DNA of 41,840 nucleotides from Spirogloea muscicola (Eukaryota), in contig WELB01000015.1 of the NCBI GenBank assembly GCA_009602725.1, positions 4,447-46,286 on the forward strand, written 5' to 3'. The translations under genes were made by a program, and so were the position numbers. Positions 1 to 11,614 of the stretch are shown one piece after another; position 1 is the stretch's first letter; every line of letters starts with the position of its first letter. Under the pieces are notes generated by a model, which was not told the origin of the DNA, made no database searches, and was given only the letters and a program-made list of their open reading frames with translations.

Positions 1-3000
1 GAGAGCCGGTTCACATACCCGCCGTTCTACACGAGGCAGGGCGGCGGCGGCGTCGCGCACTCCTATCCGGGGCCCGGCCTCGCCAGCCCGTTCAGCAGCC
101 AGCGGTCCGCCGGCGGGAGCAGCACCAGCAGCGTCGGGGAGAGAGAGCCGCCGCCGGAGATGCTGGAGGTGCCGTCGTCGGGCGGCGCGCTGCCGCTGTA
201 CGAGCGCTACGGCTGCCCCGCGTCGCCCAGCACGGCAAGCTGGGGATCTGGCGGCGGCGGCAGGTCTGTGCCTCTGCCGCCGCACCGCCGCCGGGGCGGC
301 GTGGACAGCGCGCCGGGGCGGTTCGTGGCCGCCGCCCCGGCGCTGTCGGATCGGGACTCCGGTGGTTTCAAGGTCCCCAGCGCCACGTCCCGCCCTGTTG
401 CGCCGCAGCCGCCATCGGCACAATCGCTGGCCGCGGAGCAGTGGGCTTACTGGGCTTGGCAGCAGCGACACCGCCCTTGGGGCGCCGAGAGCCCCTTCGG
501 CGGCGGCCCCCAGCCGCCGCCGCTGCGGCAGCCCTCGGCCAGCGGCGCGGCGTCCATGTCCACGGGCGACGACCTCGCTGGGGAAGTCAGCGCGACTGCG
601 GGCCGCAAGGTCCCCCGCACGGCGTCGGGTGGCGATGGTCGTGCGAGGAAGGGTGCCTTCGGCAACGGCCATGTCATGGAGGCGGCGGCAGCAGCGGCGG
701 ACGATGCCGAGGCGGGACTGCCGGTCGTGCCGGAGATCGTCGTGCCCAGCGCCGAGCAAGGCAGAGCGACGCGCAAGAAGCCCGGCCGCCAGCCGCCGGC
801 AGCCGGCGCCGCTGCGGAGCTTGCCGTCCCTAAGCTCCGGAAATTCGCCGACCCGCCTGAGTCGCAGGCCAAGGGCTTGACTGCGTCCAGCTCCGCAGGT
901 GTCCCCGTGGCGGCAGCCGAGGCGCTGCCGCCGGCTCTGGCGGCGGCCACCTCTGGTGCAGTCGCAAGCAGCCAAGGGGTCCCTGATGACGGTGGCGATG
1001 GCGCAGGAGCCGCGTCAGATAGGGGCGACCTCGAGAGCAGGGCCAGTGAGCGCGGCAGGGCCGTCAAGGATGCGGCGAGGAGGCGGCCAGCACCGAGGCG
1101 CGAGGACGCGGCGAAGGAGCAGCGCGGCGGGGGCGCCGGCTCGTCGGAGGACGCAGGCAGCGGCGGCGGCCTGTCAGAGCAGCTCCACACGAGCAGCGAG
1201 GAGGAGCCGGACGCGTCCGCGGCCGGTCGGCGCCAGTTGGCGGTTGCAGGGGCTGGAGCCGGTAGCGCCATCAGCTCGACCGATGTGGTGACGTCCATTG
1301 GCCAGCAGGAGTTTTGGCGGGCGCGCAAGATCATTCTACGGTGAGCCGCTCGACCCTGGTGGTGCCGCCTGCTCGCAGCTCGCCACTCGCTGCTCGCGCT
1401 GCATCACATATTTGTTAAAGGAGATCGTTTAGCTAATATTGTTATTTTGTACATGGACTTTACTTCGTGCTTTGGCACTTTCATCATGAAAGAGCTTGCC
1501 TGACGACAGGAGAGGTGAGCTTGCCTGACAACAGGAGAGGTCGGCCCAGAGCAGGACAGGCAGGGCAAGAGCAGAGCAGCTTTCCAGCTTGTTGGACGTC
1601 CTTGACCTGCACCGCCTGTCGTTCCTCCCCGCACCTGACCGTAATGTAGCCCACTCTGCATCTTCCCCTTTGCAGGCAGCAGCGCATGTTCTCAGAGCAG
1701 GTCGGGGACCTCCACAGCCTCGTCAAGGTCAGCGTCTGTGTGCCACCTCTCACTTGGCCAGCCTCCCTGCAGCTGCCATTCCCCTTGGACTGAGAATTGA
1801 CGAAGTAGTCATAGCCACATTGCTGCGCTCAAGTGCTTCCGCTTCACACGTGCTGCGACAGGCGCAGCGGAGCTTGGAGGGGGCTGCAGCGGAGCAGCAG
1901 GAAGAGCTTGCGCAGTTCCAGCGACAGCAGCAGAGCAGCCTGGCCACGGCCGTCATGCACCAGCAATCCAGTCCGTCGTCAAGCGCAAGGACCGCTGAGG
2001 CCCTGGCGCTTGCCGCGCAGTGGGTTGGCGAGGAGGCGTCCAAGCTGATGGCGCAGCGGGAAGCCGAGTGCGGTAGCGCGGCGGCGGCAGCAGCGGCAGC
2101 AGCGCGGGACCAGCAGGGTCGGAAGCAGGCCTACAAGATGCTGTTCCCTGCGTGGCCCGGCGCGTTCGCGCCGCCGGCGCCGGCATCCTCGTGGGCGGCC
2201 CCCCAGTTCTCGTCCTACGACTCGTACGAGGCCGCGGCGGCGTACGAGCAGCGCGCGCGGCTCGTTGCCGCCGGCGCATACGAGGGCCGTTACGCCGCGC
2301 AGGCCTTCTCTGAAGGCGCCCGCGCCCCACACCAGCGGGGCGTGGAGCGTGGGATGGAGACCTACAGTGTGCCCCCCCCCATGGCACCCCTCTCCTCTGC
2401 CGAGCTTTACCCTCACTACGGCTCGTCCTGGCATAGCCATGCTCAGGAAGCTGCGCGCTTTGCTGCAAGTGCTCCGGTAGGGCCTGCACCCGGCTGGTAC
2501 TGGCACGACCGAGATGGAGGCTTCCAGGGGGCACCGCAACCTCACGGACCGCCTCCTCCTGGCTATCCTGGCGGGCCTACCATAACCGAGGACGGGCCCT
2601 CCGTAGGCTCCTTCAAGGCTCCGAGCAAGCGCCATGTAGCGAAGCCCACATGGGGGGGTGCTGAGAGCGTGGCGGCTGCTTCGGAGAGGGAGCCATCACC
2701 GCACAGGCAGGATAGGCATGCGACCCACAAGCAGGGCCCCGAGAAAGGCTTGCCAGCCTCGGGGCTGCAGCGCAGGCGGGAGGTGGAGGATGCCAACGAG
2801 GAAGAGATGGAGGATGCGTCTTACACGTCGGCTTCGTCCTACCGTCCCTCGGCTATGGACTGCGATATGGAGGAAGGCAGTGTTGGCACCGGCAATCGGC
2901 GCAATGTGAACGCGCTGCAGCTCTTTCCCATGCAGTCAGCCTCCACCAAGGTCGCTCCTGCTCCATCATCACCATTTTTGGGCAACTCCGATGGTGATCA

Positions 3001-3103
3001 CAGCCGAGTGGTCAGCATCGCCCCGCGTGCGGTCGTGGCCACTCCTGAATCCACGGCCGGCATTCTACTCTCCATCCGGCAGCACCGCTTACGGAACTGT
3101 TAG
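1..3103 (+). CDS. ELF3: EARLY FLOWERING 3-like circadian evening-complex scaffold (5' end outside the window)
   Basis: Exons <1-1340, 1676-1727 (52 nt) and 1862-3103 with GT-AG introns, frames consistent. The spliced product reads ISSTDVVTSIGQQEFWRARKIILR|QQRMFSEQVGDLHSLVK|AQRSL, matching ELF3 block II with its small middle exon. It ends VVSIAPRAVVATPESTAGILLSIRQHR, matching the ELF3 C-terminal block. Confidence 0.88.
1492..1541. repeat. 25-bp tandem duplication in ELF3 intron
   Basis: gagcttgcctgacgacaggagaggt (1492-1516) followed by gagcttgcctgacaacaggagaggt (1517-1541), one mismatch. Confidence 0.9.
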
Positions 3104-3694
3104 GCTTCTAGGAGGATAATGCTTGTCCAGCCCTCATTTGTCGTTGTCGGCCTTACCCCTGTGTCCTTCCAGTTGATATCGTGTTGTTTGTGCTACTCAA
3201 GCTGCCTTAGGGTGTCCTTACTCTCATCATTCAGTGGCCCCTGACCGAGGTCACACCAGACTCCTGCCAGAGGCATTGCAGCGGCATATGATTAAGATCC
3301 CTGCTGTTGGGCTGCGTGTCTGACAAGGTCTTGTTTGCCCGGTTATATACATCCACTGACAAATTATTTCTGTTCATTTCTTCTAAACCCCTCAAATGGC
3401 CAAGCGAGGTGTGCATTGCCCCACATGCTGAACAGCTGGGCTTGGCTATACTGATAAGTGGTTGTTGGTCGGACTTAAATGTTGTTGGTCAGACTTGGGA
3501 AAGCTGATCACAAACTTAACGTTTGATTGGGCAGGGCAGAAGCCTGTCTTGTCAATCTGCAGGACAGACTCCTTCGCTGGTTGTAAGAGGAGCTCGATTT
3601 AAGCATAGGTGCATCCTTGAGCCTAGTGCAATTTAAGGAGGAGATCAAGTCAGAGTCATCTTTGTTTTAAAGCGAACAATGGCATATTGAGCAG

Positions 3695-4135
3695 GTGTCG
3701 GTCTATGAGAACACTGTAGACGTCCCAAACATTTCCATGCGACCCACTCTGACATTCCACCAGCAACAGCAGACTCAACAATGGCGCAACAGCAGTGTAG
3801 AGCACAAGAGCTTTTGCTTATTGCAGAGCGGAGAGGGTAGAGATGTTGCTGCATGTAGAACTGCAAGGACCAACGTCCACGGAAGGAGACTTGGGGTGTA
3901 CATTGAAGAGACAAATGGTGGCTCAAAGCCAGCTCTTCTGACAAGGACTTATGGACTACACTCTTTCACCGCCTTTATCTCCATCCTAGAGCCTGATCAA
4001 TTACTCAGTACTTCTGTCCCCACTGGTCAGCAAAGAGAGGTGACACTAGAACCAGAGCCGGACGGCTGGAAGGAGGGGGAGTTGAATCTGTTGGGAAGGA
4101 CTTTCGCAATCTCAAGAGAGGCAGGTGAAGAGTAG
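3695..4135 (+). CDS. Orphan open frame of 146 codons (possible exon or element-derived)
   Basis: Stop-free frame preceded by a possible acceptor (gagcag|gtg at 3694). No recognisable family, and I found no frame-compatible upstream exon. Confidence 0.2.
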   Translation: MSVYENTVDVPNISMRPTLTFHQQQQTQQWRNSSVEHKSFCLLQSGEGRDVAACRTARTNVHGRRLGVYIEETNGGSKPALLTRTYGLHSFTAFISILEPDQLLSTSVPTGQQREVTLEPEPDGWKEGELNLLGRTFAISREAGEE

Positions 4136-4360
4136 CCGTCATTTCTGAAGGTGATTATGGTGTTTAAGGGGCAGAGGAGTGGCTACTTACACGATGGGCA
4201 GTGCCTGTAGTGGCCAGCCCAAAGATCTGGTGGAACCGGTGAATGAGGGCGCCAGCAAGGAGAAAGGAGGCCAACATAAAGCAGTGAGCGTCTCACTCGC
4301 AAGCAGCCCACTTGCAGGTAACAGCAGGGTGTATTGCGACAGGGAGTGAGAGAGGAAAAG

Positions 4361-4416
4361 GTGGCTCCTCCCCTGTGGGAGGAGCCACTCAACTCACTCT
4401 CTGGGAGTGAGTTGAG
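4361..4416. repeat. Two abutting perfect 12-bp hairpins
   Basis: gtggctcctccc-ctgt-gggaggagccac (4361-4388) and ctcaactcactc-tctgg-gagtgagttgag (4388-4416). Confidence 0.9.
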
Positions 4417-4759
4417 CCTATAGACTTATCAGTCGTGTTTGGCGAGAATGCAAAAGCGGAAGCAGAGGAAAGAGGTGGCTTTCTCTCAACGAACGAGGTG
4501 GCTCTCTCTGGCCCCCTTCGAGCTTTGTCTATTCCTTTTCGTTTCTGGGCTGGCCACTCACAGCCAACGCCGTCTGCTGAAGAGTCCCCATTTCCCCCAT
4601 TTCTTCCAATGTCAGGCAATGGCTGTGCGAGGCCCGCCCGAAGGAGTGTGCAAGGACTGGCGCGCAACGGAGCCGCCGTCGCGGCGCCGTTCCGTCCGCG
4701 TCCCCCCGCGACGGCGACAGGTACCCCTGCGGCCTCCCGCCGCAGTCACACCCCCAGCC

Positions 4760-7700
4760 ATGGCGGCCCTGCGCGCCTGCTCCGCGCCGCCGCGCGCCGC
4801 CGCCNGCCGCCGGGCCAGCTGCCGTGGCCGCCGCCGCCGCCGGCAGCAACGGCGCTGCCGGCAGCTTCGACTACGACCTCCTCATCATCGGGGCCGGCGT
4901 CGGCGGCCACGGTGCCGCCCTGCACGCTGTGGAGCACGTAAGGAGCTCAGCCACTGCGGCTGTGCTTGCTGCCTCTGGTGTCCAGATTGGTCCCTTCCTG
5001 ACGAGGTCATTGGCCGCGAACCTCCGAGACGAGACGGCAAGGTCGCCTTCGAGCATGCAGCTTGATCTTGTCGCTGATCATAACCAGTTCACTTAAGCTC
5101 CTGCTCAGCGACCACGTCTCGCTGGCCATCCCTCTGAGCTGTCTGGGCCTGCAATTTACACAAGAGCAGGCGTTAGTCAGCTGTACTTCCAGCCCCCGCA
5201 GTCAGGTGCTCTTGCTGAATCAACTTGAACATGCAATGTTTGGACCGATCAGGGGTTGAAGACTGCCATCATTGAGGGCGATGAAGTTGGTGGGACATGC
5301 GTGAATCGGGGCTGTGTGCCCTCCAAGGCGCTCTTGGCTGTGAGTGGTCGTCTGCGGGAGTACCAGGACGAGCACCACCTGAAGGCACTGGGCATCCAGG
5401 TTTGCATCAAGTCTCGACCTCAGCTCCTGCTCGAGTGCCTGCTCGCACCTCATCATTACCTGTATGTCGCTTAAAATAGGCTTGCATGATCAGAGGTATG
5501 GTAGCTTCTGAGGGATAAGCATTATATTCCGTTCATGATGATCCGATTGACAACGTCAAGACTCTCCTTGATTGACAGCATTCGTCAAGAGCACCTGCAT
5601 GAACCAGCTCATGACTCCTGACCTTGAAGTCGCCTGTCCTTGACCTGCTACCAGATTCAAGCGTCAAGCTATGACCGGCAGGCTGTAGCCGATCATGCAA
5701 ACGGTCTTGCTTCTAAAGTTCGTGGAAATCTGACAAACTCACTGAAGGCTCTGGGAGTCGATCTTCTCATTGGAATCGGTACACTAGTGGTAAGCTTTGA
5801 GGAACCTCTTGCACCTTGAACCATCTGTGATATAAGGTGCTTGGTTGCTTACATACTTGGACTGATTGCATCATGTGTCAGTATGGCTTGTGCACTGCAT
5901 GTGGCTTGAGAGCCAGAACCACTGTGCTTGTGCACTTATGCCTACTGTGAGCTCTTATGAGAACTTCAGTGGTCACATAGCCTGTGCACCTGAGCGCCTT
6001 GCAGAGTTCCCAGAAGGTGCGCTATGGAAGGATTGGCTTCCCAGACAAGGTTGTCACTGCTCGTGACATCATCATTGCCACGGGCTCTACACCATGGGTT
6101 CCTCCTGGAATTGAAATTGATGGTGCAAGCTCCCCTTCAGCTTCAATTTGCTGCCACCTTTGTGACTCATATCAGAGCATTATCGTGCACGCTGGAGCAG
6201 CAGCTACACATTCAGCATAGCACCCTGAGTGTTTTCTCTGCATTGGCTCCTACCGATGGACTGTGCCATCATTCTGATGTTGCAGGAAAGACTGTCTTCA
6301 CAAGCGACCACGCACTGAAGTTGGAGTGGGTACCCGATTGGATAGCCATTGTCGGCAGCGGTTACATTGGTCTTGAATTTAGTGACGTCTACACTGCCCT
6401 TGGCAGTGAGGTACGCCGTGTGCCTCTGGATGATGAAGAACTGCTCTTTGTGGCGCGATGGAGAAACCAAGTTCTTAGAATCTCATGTTTGGACCATGTA
6501 TGGTGAGCAAGTAACCTGTGATAAGCTACGTGCTTGTTCTCGCAACCTGGGTGTGCTTGTCATCAAGAGCCCTCTTCAAGTAACCGTTGATCAGTTGCAT
6601 CTGATTAGGTAACCTTCATTGAGGCGCTGGATGGATTGATGCCTGGTTTTGACCCCGAGATTGGCAAGATGGCTCAGCGCATCCTCATTCAGCCGAGGAA
6701 GATTGACTATCACACTGGAGTCATTGCAAAAAAGGTGCAGAAGTACTTCAAGCCCCTTTGCGTCAGCCTCTGCAAGGTGCCTCGCCTGGTCAAGATGCGA
6801 AGCCATGCCCTGATCTGATGACTGCTGCAACAGATTACACCAGCCAGAGATGGGAAGCCAGTCCAGATTGAGCTGGTGGATACCAAGACGAAGGAGCCCA
6901 AAGAAACACTCGAGGTGAGAGTCATGCTTGGCCCTTTTCACACGTCCTTAGAGTTGTGCAAACACCTGGAAGCGGCATAGCTGCAGAACCTCATGTCACC
7001 TCCTGTTGGGTATCTATGTGTCATCAGGTAGATGCTGCTCTGATAGCCACTGGCAGGGCTCCCTTCACGAAGGGGCTTGGCCTCGACAAGGTGAACCGTC
7101 CTATGAGGGCTCTTTTCTCACTGCAAGTAGTCTTTGCTGAACATTGTGTGTGTACTTTCCTTGTTGGCTACTCCTTCCTGCTGAACTTTGAATATGTCAC
7201 AGGTTTGTGCCAAAGCAAGTCAAAAGCGCAAGGCATGCAGACTTCTTGGTTGGCTCTGACAATCCTCATTGAAACAGGTCAATGTCGAGACCATCCGTGG
7301 CTTTGTACCTGTTGATGAGCGAATGCAGGTTATTGATGCTTCTGGGACAGTGGTAAGATAACTGAGCACCACCTGGTCGTGGTTATCATATTGTTTATTT
7401 TGCAGCGCTCAGAGGCCTATTAAGGATTGCTGATAGAAGCCAAGCGCTGTGGTGTTACCTGCCCCCTACAAGTCTCACCAATCCGTTGAACATTCATATG
7501 GTTTTCTCAGATCCCTCATCTATACTGCATTGGAGATGCCAACGGAAAGATGATGCTGGCACATGCTGCCAGTGCGCAAGGCATTGCAGGTTCCCATCCC
7601 TCTCCCTGTTGCCTAGAGATTGCGTAAATACTGCTTGGCTTGGTCGTAGAAGAAGACTGGCTACTGGCATGGCCAATCTCAATTTGAGAGCCCCGGGATG

Positions 7701-8947
7701 TTGCATCCATGCTGGTGCCAACAGTGACAAAGATTTCAGCTGACACTCAATCTTCATCTCAAAATCAAGCATGAACGGCTCTAATTTAAGCCTTACTTGT
7801 CCATGAGCAGTGGTTGAGAATATTAAAGGCAGCGACTATCTGCTGAACCCGCAAAGCATTCCAGCCGCATGTTTCACGCATCCTGAGATCAGCTTTGCTG
7901 GCTTCACTGAGGTAGCTCTCCCATCTACTCACTTTTGTGTTCAGATGTTGAATGCCGGAACCAACCTCCTCCTTCATCCGAGATCACTGTATTAGCCGTC
8001 TATTGCTGTCTTGCCGAACACTAAAGAGCACACCTTGTTTAATCATAGGAGTAGTAATCACTAGTAGAGCACATGAACAGGCATGCATTTTCTCCTTGTC
8101 ACAGCCACAAGCCAGGAAGAAGGCTGAAGAGGAAGGATTTGAGGTTGATGTTGTCAAGACGAGTTTTAAGGCAAACTCGAAGGCTCTTGCAGAGGGCGAG
8201 AGTGACGGCCTCGCAAAGGTAACCATCGAAGATTCTTCTTAGATGGTTTCAGAGCACAATGTTCTCATGGGAGGCCGCTGTGCACAAGCTACTGCAGTAG
8301 AGCATTAGCTTGTCTTCCTTGGTTGCTACAGATGCCTTCTCATTAGCTACAAAGAGGTGTGTGAACAGGTTTGTGTGTCTATGCAACTCATGGCAGTGTG
8401 CATTCTGTGCAGATGATTTATCGGCGTGACACTGGAGAGATTCTTGGGGTGCACATCATTGGCCTACATGCCGCCGACTTGATACACGAGGCTTCAAACG
8501 CCATTGCTACCGGGCAGACTGTGCAGGTCTGTTGCCACAAGTCTCAACAAGCTTGCCACCTTCTGCTTCTCGCTCATGATGAATGGTGGTGCTCTTGCCT
8601 TCTGTAATCTGGCCTGCATTTGGCTGAATCAGTTTGTGCTTTGAGGTGCAGGACATCAAGTTCGCTGTGCACGCTCATCCAACATTGTCGGAGGTTCTTG
8701 ACGAGCTCTTCAAGAGTGCACACTTGCCATTGGTCAGGACACCTCATATTCTACCCAAGCCTGTCAATATTGCTCTTATGATAGACAAGTTGGCCTTATC
8801 TGACATTCCTGACATACTGTGCTCGGGTAAGACTGCAATTTCAAATTGTGGTGGCTCACTGTTGCTCATGTCACCAATCCACAGGCACAGGAAGAGGAAA
8901 CTCCTGCCCTGCGAGCAGAGGCGGCACCTGAGCCAGTGCCCATCTGA
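4760..8947 (+). CDS. LPD: Plastid-type dihydrolipoamide dehydrogenase (E3 of plastid pyruvate dehydrogenase)
   Basis: 15 exons: 4760-4937 (frame broken at N4805), 5253-5399, 5655-5789, 6005-6122, 6286-6410, 6609-6734, 6834-6914, 7028-7090, 7278-7352, 7511-7589, 7811-7911, 8105-8218, 8413-8526, 8652-8732, 8885-8947. Motifs: [18 protein letters not shown] (FAD), [13 protein letters not shown] (redox disulfide), [19 protein letters not shown]. The Ala/Arg/Pro-rich N-terminus resembles a transit peptide. Confidence 0.96.
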
Positions 8948-9588
8948 GCTGTCCTTGTCATCGTCGCTCATCCTTTTAGGTCAAGCCGAGGCAGTGCTTC
9001 GCACAGCAGCTTCATGCTTCCGCCGCATGCTTGCGCGCTCAAACACTGAGCATGAATAGCACAGTTGTGAGAGAACAGTGTATGGACCATCCCCCTTCTC
9101 CCACCTCTCCTCCCCTCTTGCACCCATTTATGACCCCCCCTCTTCCCCAGCCCCTTCTCACCAGTAGGCCCCCATGTCCATATCAGCTACCTATGAGGCA
9201 AATTGGCAGAAACGCTGCTGATCCTCAAATCACAGCAGTAGATGCTGTTGCACACATTAGCGAGCCATTGGTTTAGCTGAATGAAAATTCAGAGCTGAGA
9301 CTGTTATAGAGGACAGGCTACTGTAGAACGAGGACAATTACATGTGTGCTGTGGCTGCCACAAGGGGCCATTGCTCTCCACAGGGAAAGGCTTGCAGTGT
9401 CTACAGTATGTCCTACAATGCCTAGGGTTTTGCTTTTGCACGAGGCTGCCTGGCACCTTTGACAGGCATGCATGTACCAGCAAATAAGAAGGCAGGCTAT
9501 GTTAATAGTCCGTGTTTCAGTGTGACTGACCTGTAAGAGGCTCCAGGCTGCCGTGCTGCAGGCCTAGCTTGATGTTGTATGTGGTCAT

Positions 9589-10611
9589 TTAGTAAGTCCC
9601 TTGAACAGGGGTGATCCTCATGCTCACCCCACCTGGACCATTACATACAGTGATGGGAGTCAGGCTGGCAAGGATGGCACGAAACATTGGTCCTCATGTG
9701 GTCAAATTTGGCCCTGCTCGGTGAACAGACACCAGTGACGGGTAGAGGCCGTAGACCAGCACGACGTACCATTGGCAGCCTCAAACTCCAGCACCCTGGT
9801 GTTCTCAGTGTCTATTCTGAGATCTAGCCTGCAGCCACAAGACAATGTAGCCACAAATCTATGAGCTGCAGGGTTGCTCACAGAGGCCACTGAGCCAAGG
9901 ACGAGAATCAAGTGAGATGCAGACACAGACAGTGATGACGCGGAAGTATGCACCATCGCCTGGTGGAAAAGCAGGCGTGCAGCGGCGCCAAAGAGCGGGC
10001 CTACAGACCTGTTGGCGAAATGCACGTCAAGATCAGCACCAGTGGCCTTCTTCGACGCTTCCACCAGCACGGTCACAATCTCGGTCTTCCGCGTGCTGGC
10101 GACCAGGAGGTCGTGCTCCGCCGGCACGTGGACCGTGAAGAAGTAGTCGGTGAGGTCGCTGAGCCCCAGCGTGCGGATGGCCGCGTGGGGGATGCGCCGC
10201 TTGAGGCGGAACGTCTCCGGCTCCAGCACGTACAGGGCGGCGTCCGTGATGAGCAGCAGCCGCCGCACGATCTGGTTGCGCCTGTTGACCTTGGTGACGG
10301 CGTCGGCGAAGAGCACGGTCCTGTCGCCTGCCAACACCGCCATTCCACCAGTGAGCCGCCGCAGCAACAGCAATGAGCCGCCAATCTGGGCCTGCCTCTC
10401 ACCCAACGCTGAACCCAAAACCCTGATACTTGGGCCTTAAAACCCTAAACCCAAATCAATCAGCTGTAACCATAACCAAACTGTAGTAGCCCCTCCGTCC
10501 CTGGCCGTCACCTGTCTTGGACAGCAGCTTCACGACCGCCGGGCTGCCCTGCAGCTCGAGGTAGTCGCTCTTGTAAATGCGGCTGAGCGACGCGCGCGCC
10601 GGCCCCGGCAC
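9589..10611 (-). CDS. Class-I myosin tail homology 1 (TH1) domain protein, 5' end lost at N10661
   Basis: Exons 10611-10512, 10327-10009, 9828-9770, 9632-9589. Product: RASLSRIYKSDYLELQGSPAVVKLLSKTGDRTVLFADAVTKVNRRNQIVRRLLLITDAALYVLEPETFRLKRRIP...HDLLVASTRKTEIV, a Myosin_TH1 pattern like the plant 'myosin IB heavy chain-like' proteins. Confidence 0.85.
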
Positions 10612-10661
10612 CTGCCTCCGCGCCGCGCGCGGGGCCGCCGCCGCGGTCAGCGCGCTCGCCN

Positions 10662-11614
10662 AGCAGGCCCTCCTGTTGCCTGCAGCTGCCGACATCGTCG
10701 CCGCCGCTCTGAAGGCAGCCATTCTCGTGCTCGGCTTGAGCCCCTTCTGCTCCCTGCACCAGCCCGCTTTGCTCTGCCAAGGTGACGACTACTTCTGGCG
10801 CAGCAATGGGCGACGCTACGAGCCACGGGAAGGGCAACTCTGCCTGCTCCTGCTGGCTCAAGCCAATGGAGGTGAGCCGCGCCAGCCAGTCTGGGAGGCC
10901 CTCAGTGGCGTCCAGCTGACAGTGCCTGCAAGCACCATCCTGTCGGTGCTTTGCGCGCTTGGCGGGTGCGCACGTTGTGTCCCCGCCCTTGTAGCTCCAT
11001 GCTGCGGCCAGAGCTGCAGCTTACATGAGCTCAGAAGTTGAGCTCCTTGGCAGCATGAGAGCTTACGTTGCCACTCTGTTGCGGCTCAGCATACAGGCAA
11101 TCTTTTGGCTGCAGGTGTGAGAGGGGGCAGCGGCATTACTGCAGGGCCCCACCTGCCAAGGGGGCGGCGGCAGTAGCTGGCGGGGCGGCCTCCTCAAGCT
11201 GCTCGAGCAGCACGGTGGCGGCGCGTCGTGCCCACCAGCCGACAGTGGCCGACGCAAGCACCGCGCGCGCCAATGATGCAGCCTCGCTGCGTCGGAAGCG
11301 CGGCAGCTCCACGAGCACCAGCTCCAGCGCTGCCGCCTGCATTGCGTCCGGGAGCGTCTCCAGCCATAGGCAGCTGCATGTAGGCGAGCACGCAGCGCTC
11401 AACGAATGGCAGGTTGCGCTGCATTGAGCGTCACGGATTCCTGCCGAGGCCAGCCTTCGTGCGCTGCAGGGCCAGGCGTCGGCGGTGGCGACCTCACCAT
11501 CGCAGAGCTGGACGTGAACCGGGGGGGGCTGCTGCCGTCTCCGCCACCACGACTTGCCGAGCAAGGACGTCCGGCACCAGCTGGCAGAGCGCGAGGCCAT
11601 GGCGCCCGCCAAGG
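10662..11614 (-). CDS. FANCE: Fanconi anemia group E (FANCE)-like protein, N-terminal half only
   Basis: Exons ~11614-11498, 11373-11153 and 11013-10662 splice in phase. CLWLETLPDAMQAAALELVLVELPRFRRSEAASLARAVLASATVGWWARRAATVLLEQL and EGLPDWL...LPFPWL resemble the N-terminal region of plant FANCE-like proteins. No in-frame start was found, and the C-terminal domain is not visible. Confidence 0.6.

Noticed and set aside
447..2635. Long antisense and alternative-frame ORFs over ELF3 (similar ones occur over actin, CAT9, DNA2 and at 16895-17836)
   Set aside because: These are shadow frames expected at very high GC. They have low-complexity translations and overlap well-supported genes.
5531..5621. 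Box C/D snoRNA candidate in LPD intron 2 (ATGATGA at 5535, CTGA at 5618)
   Set aside because: The visible stem does not bracket the boxes, and I can see only about 8 nt of possible rRNA complementarity. snoscan or Infernal would be needed.
9088..9160. C-rich tract (G-quadruplex potential on the minus strand) after LPD
   Set aside because: Low-complexity sequence with nothing else to indicate function.
11136..11612. FANCE start at the minus-strand ATG 11600 as one unspliced exon
   Set aside because: A strong GTGAG donor (11497) and a phase-matched acceptor (11374) favour a different upstream frame, and the MASRS... frame shows no family resemblance.
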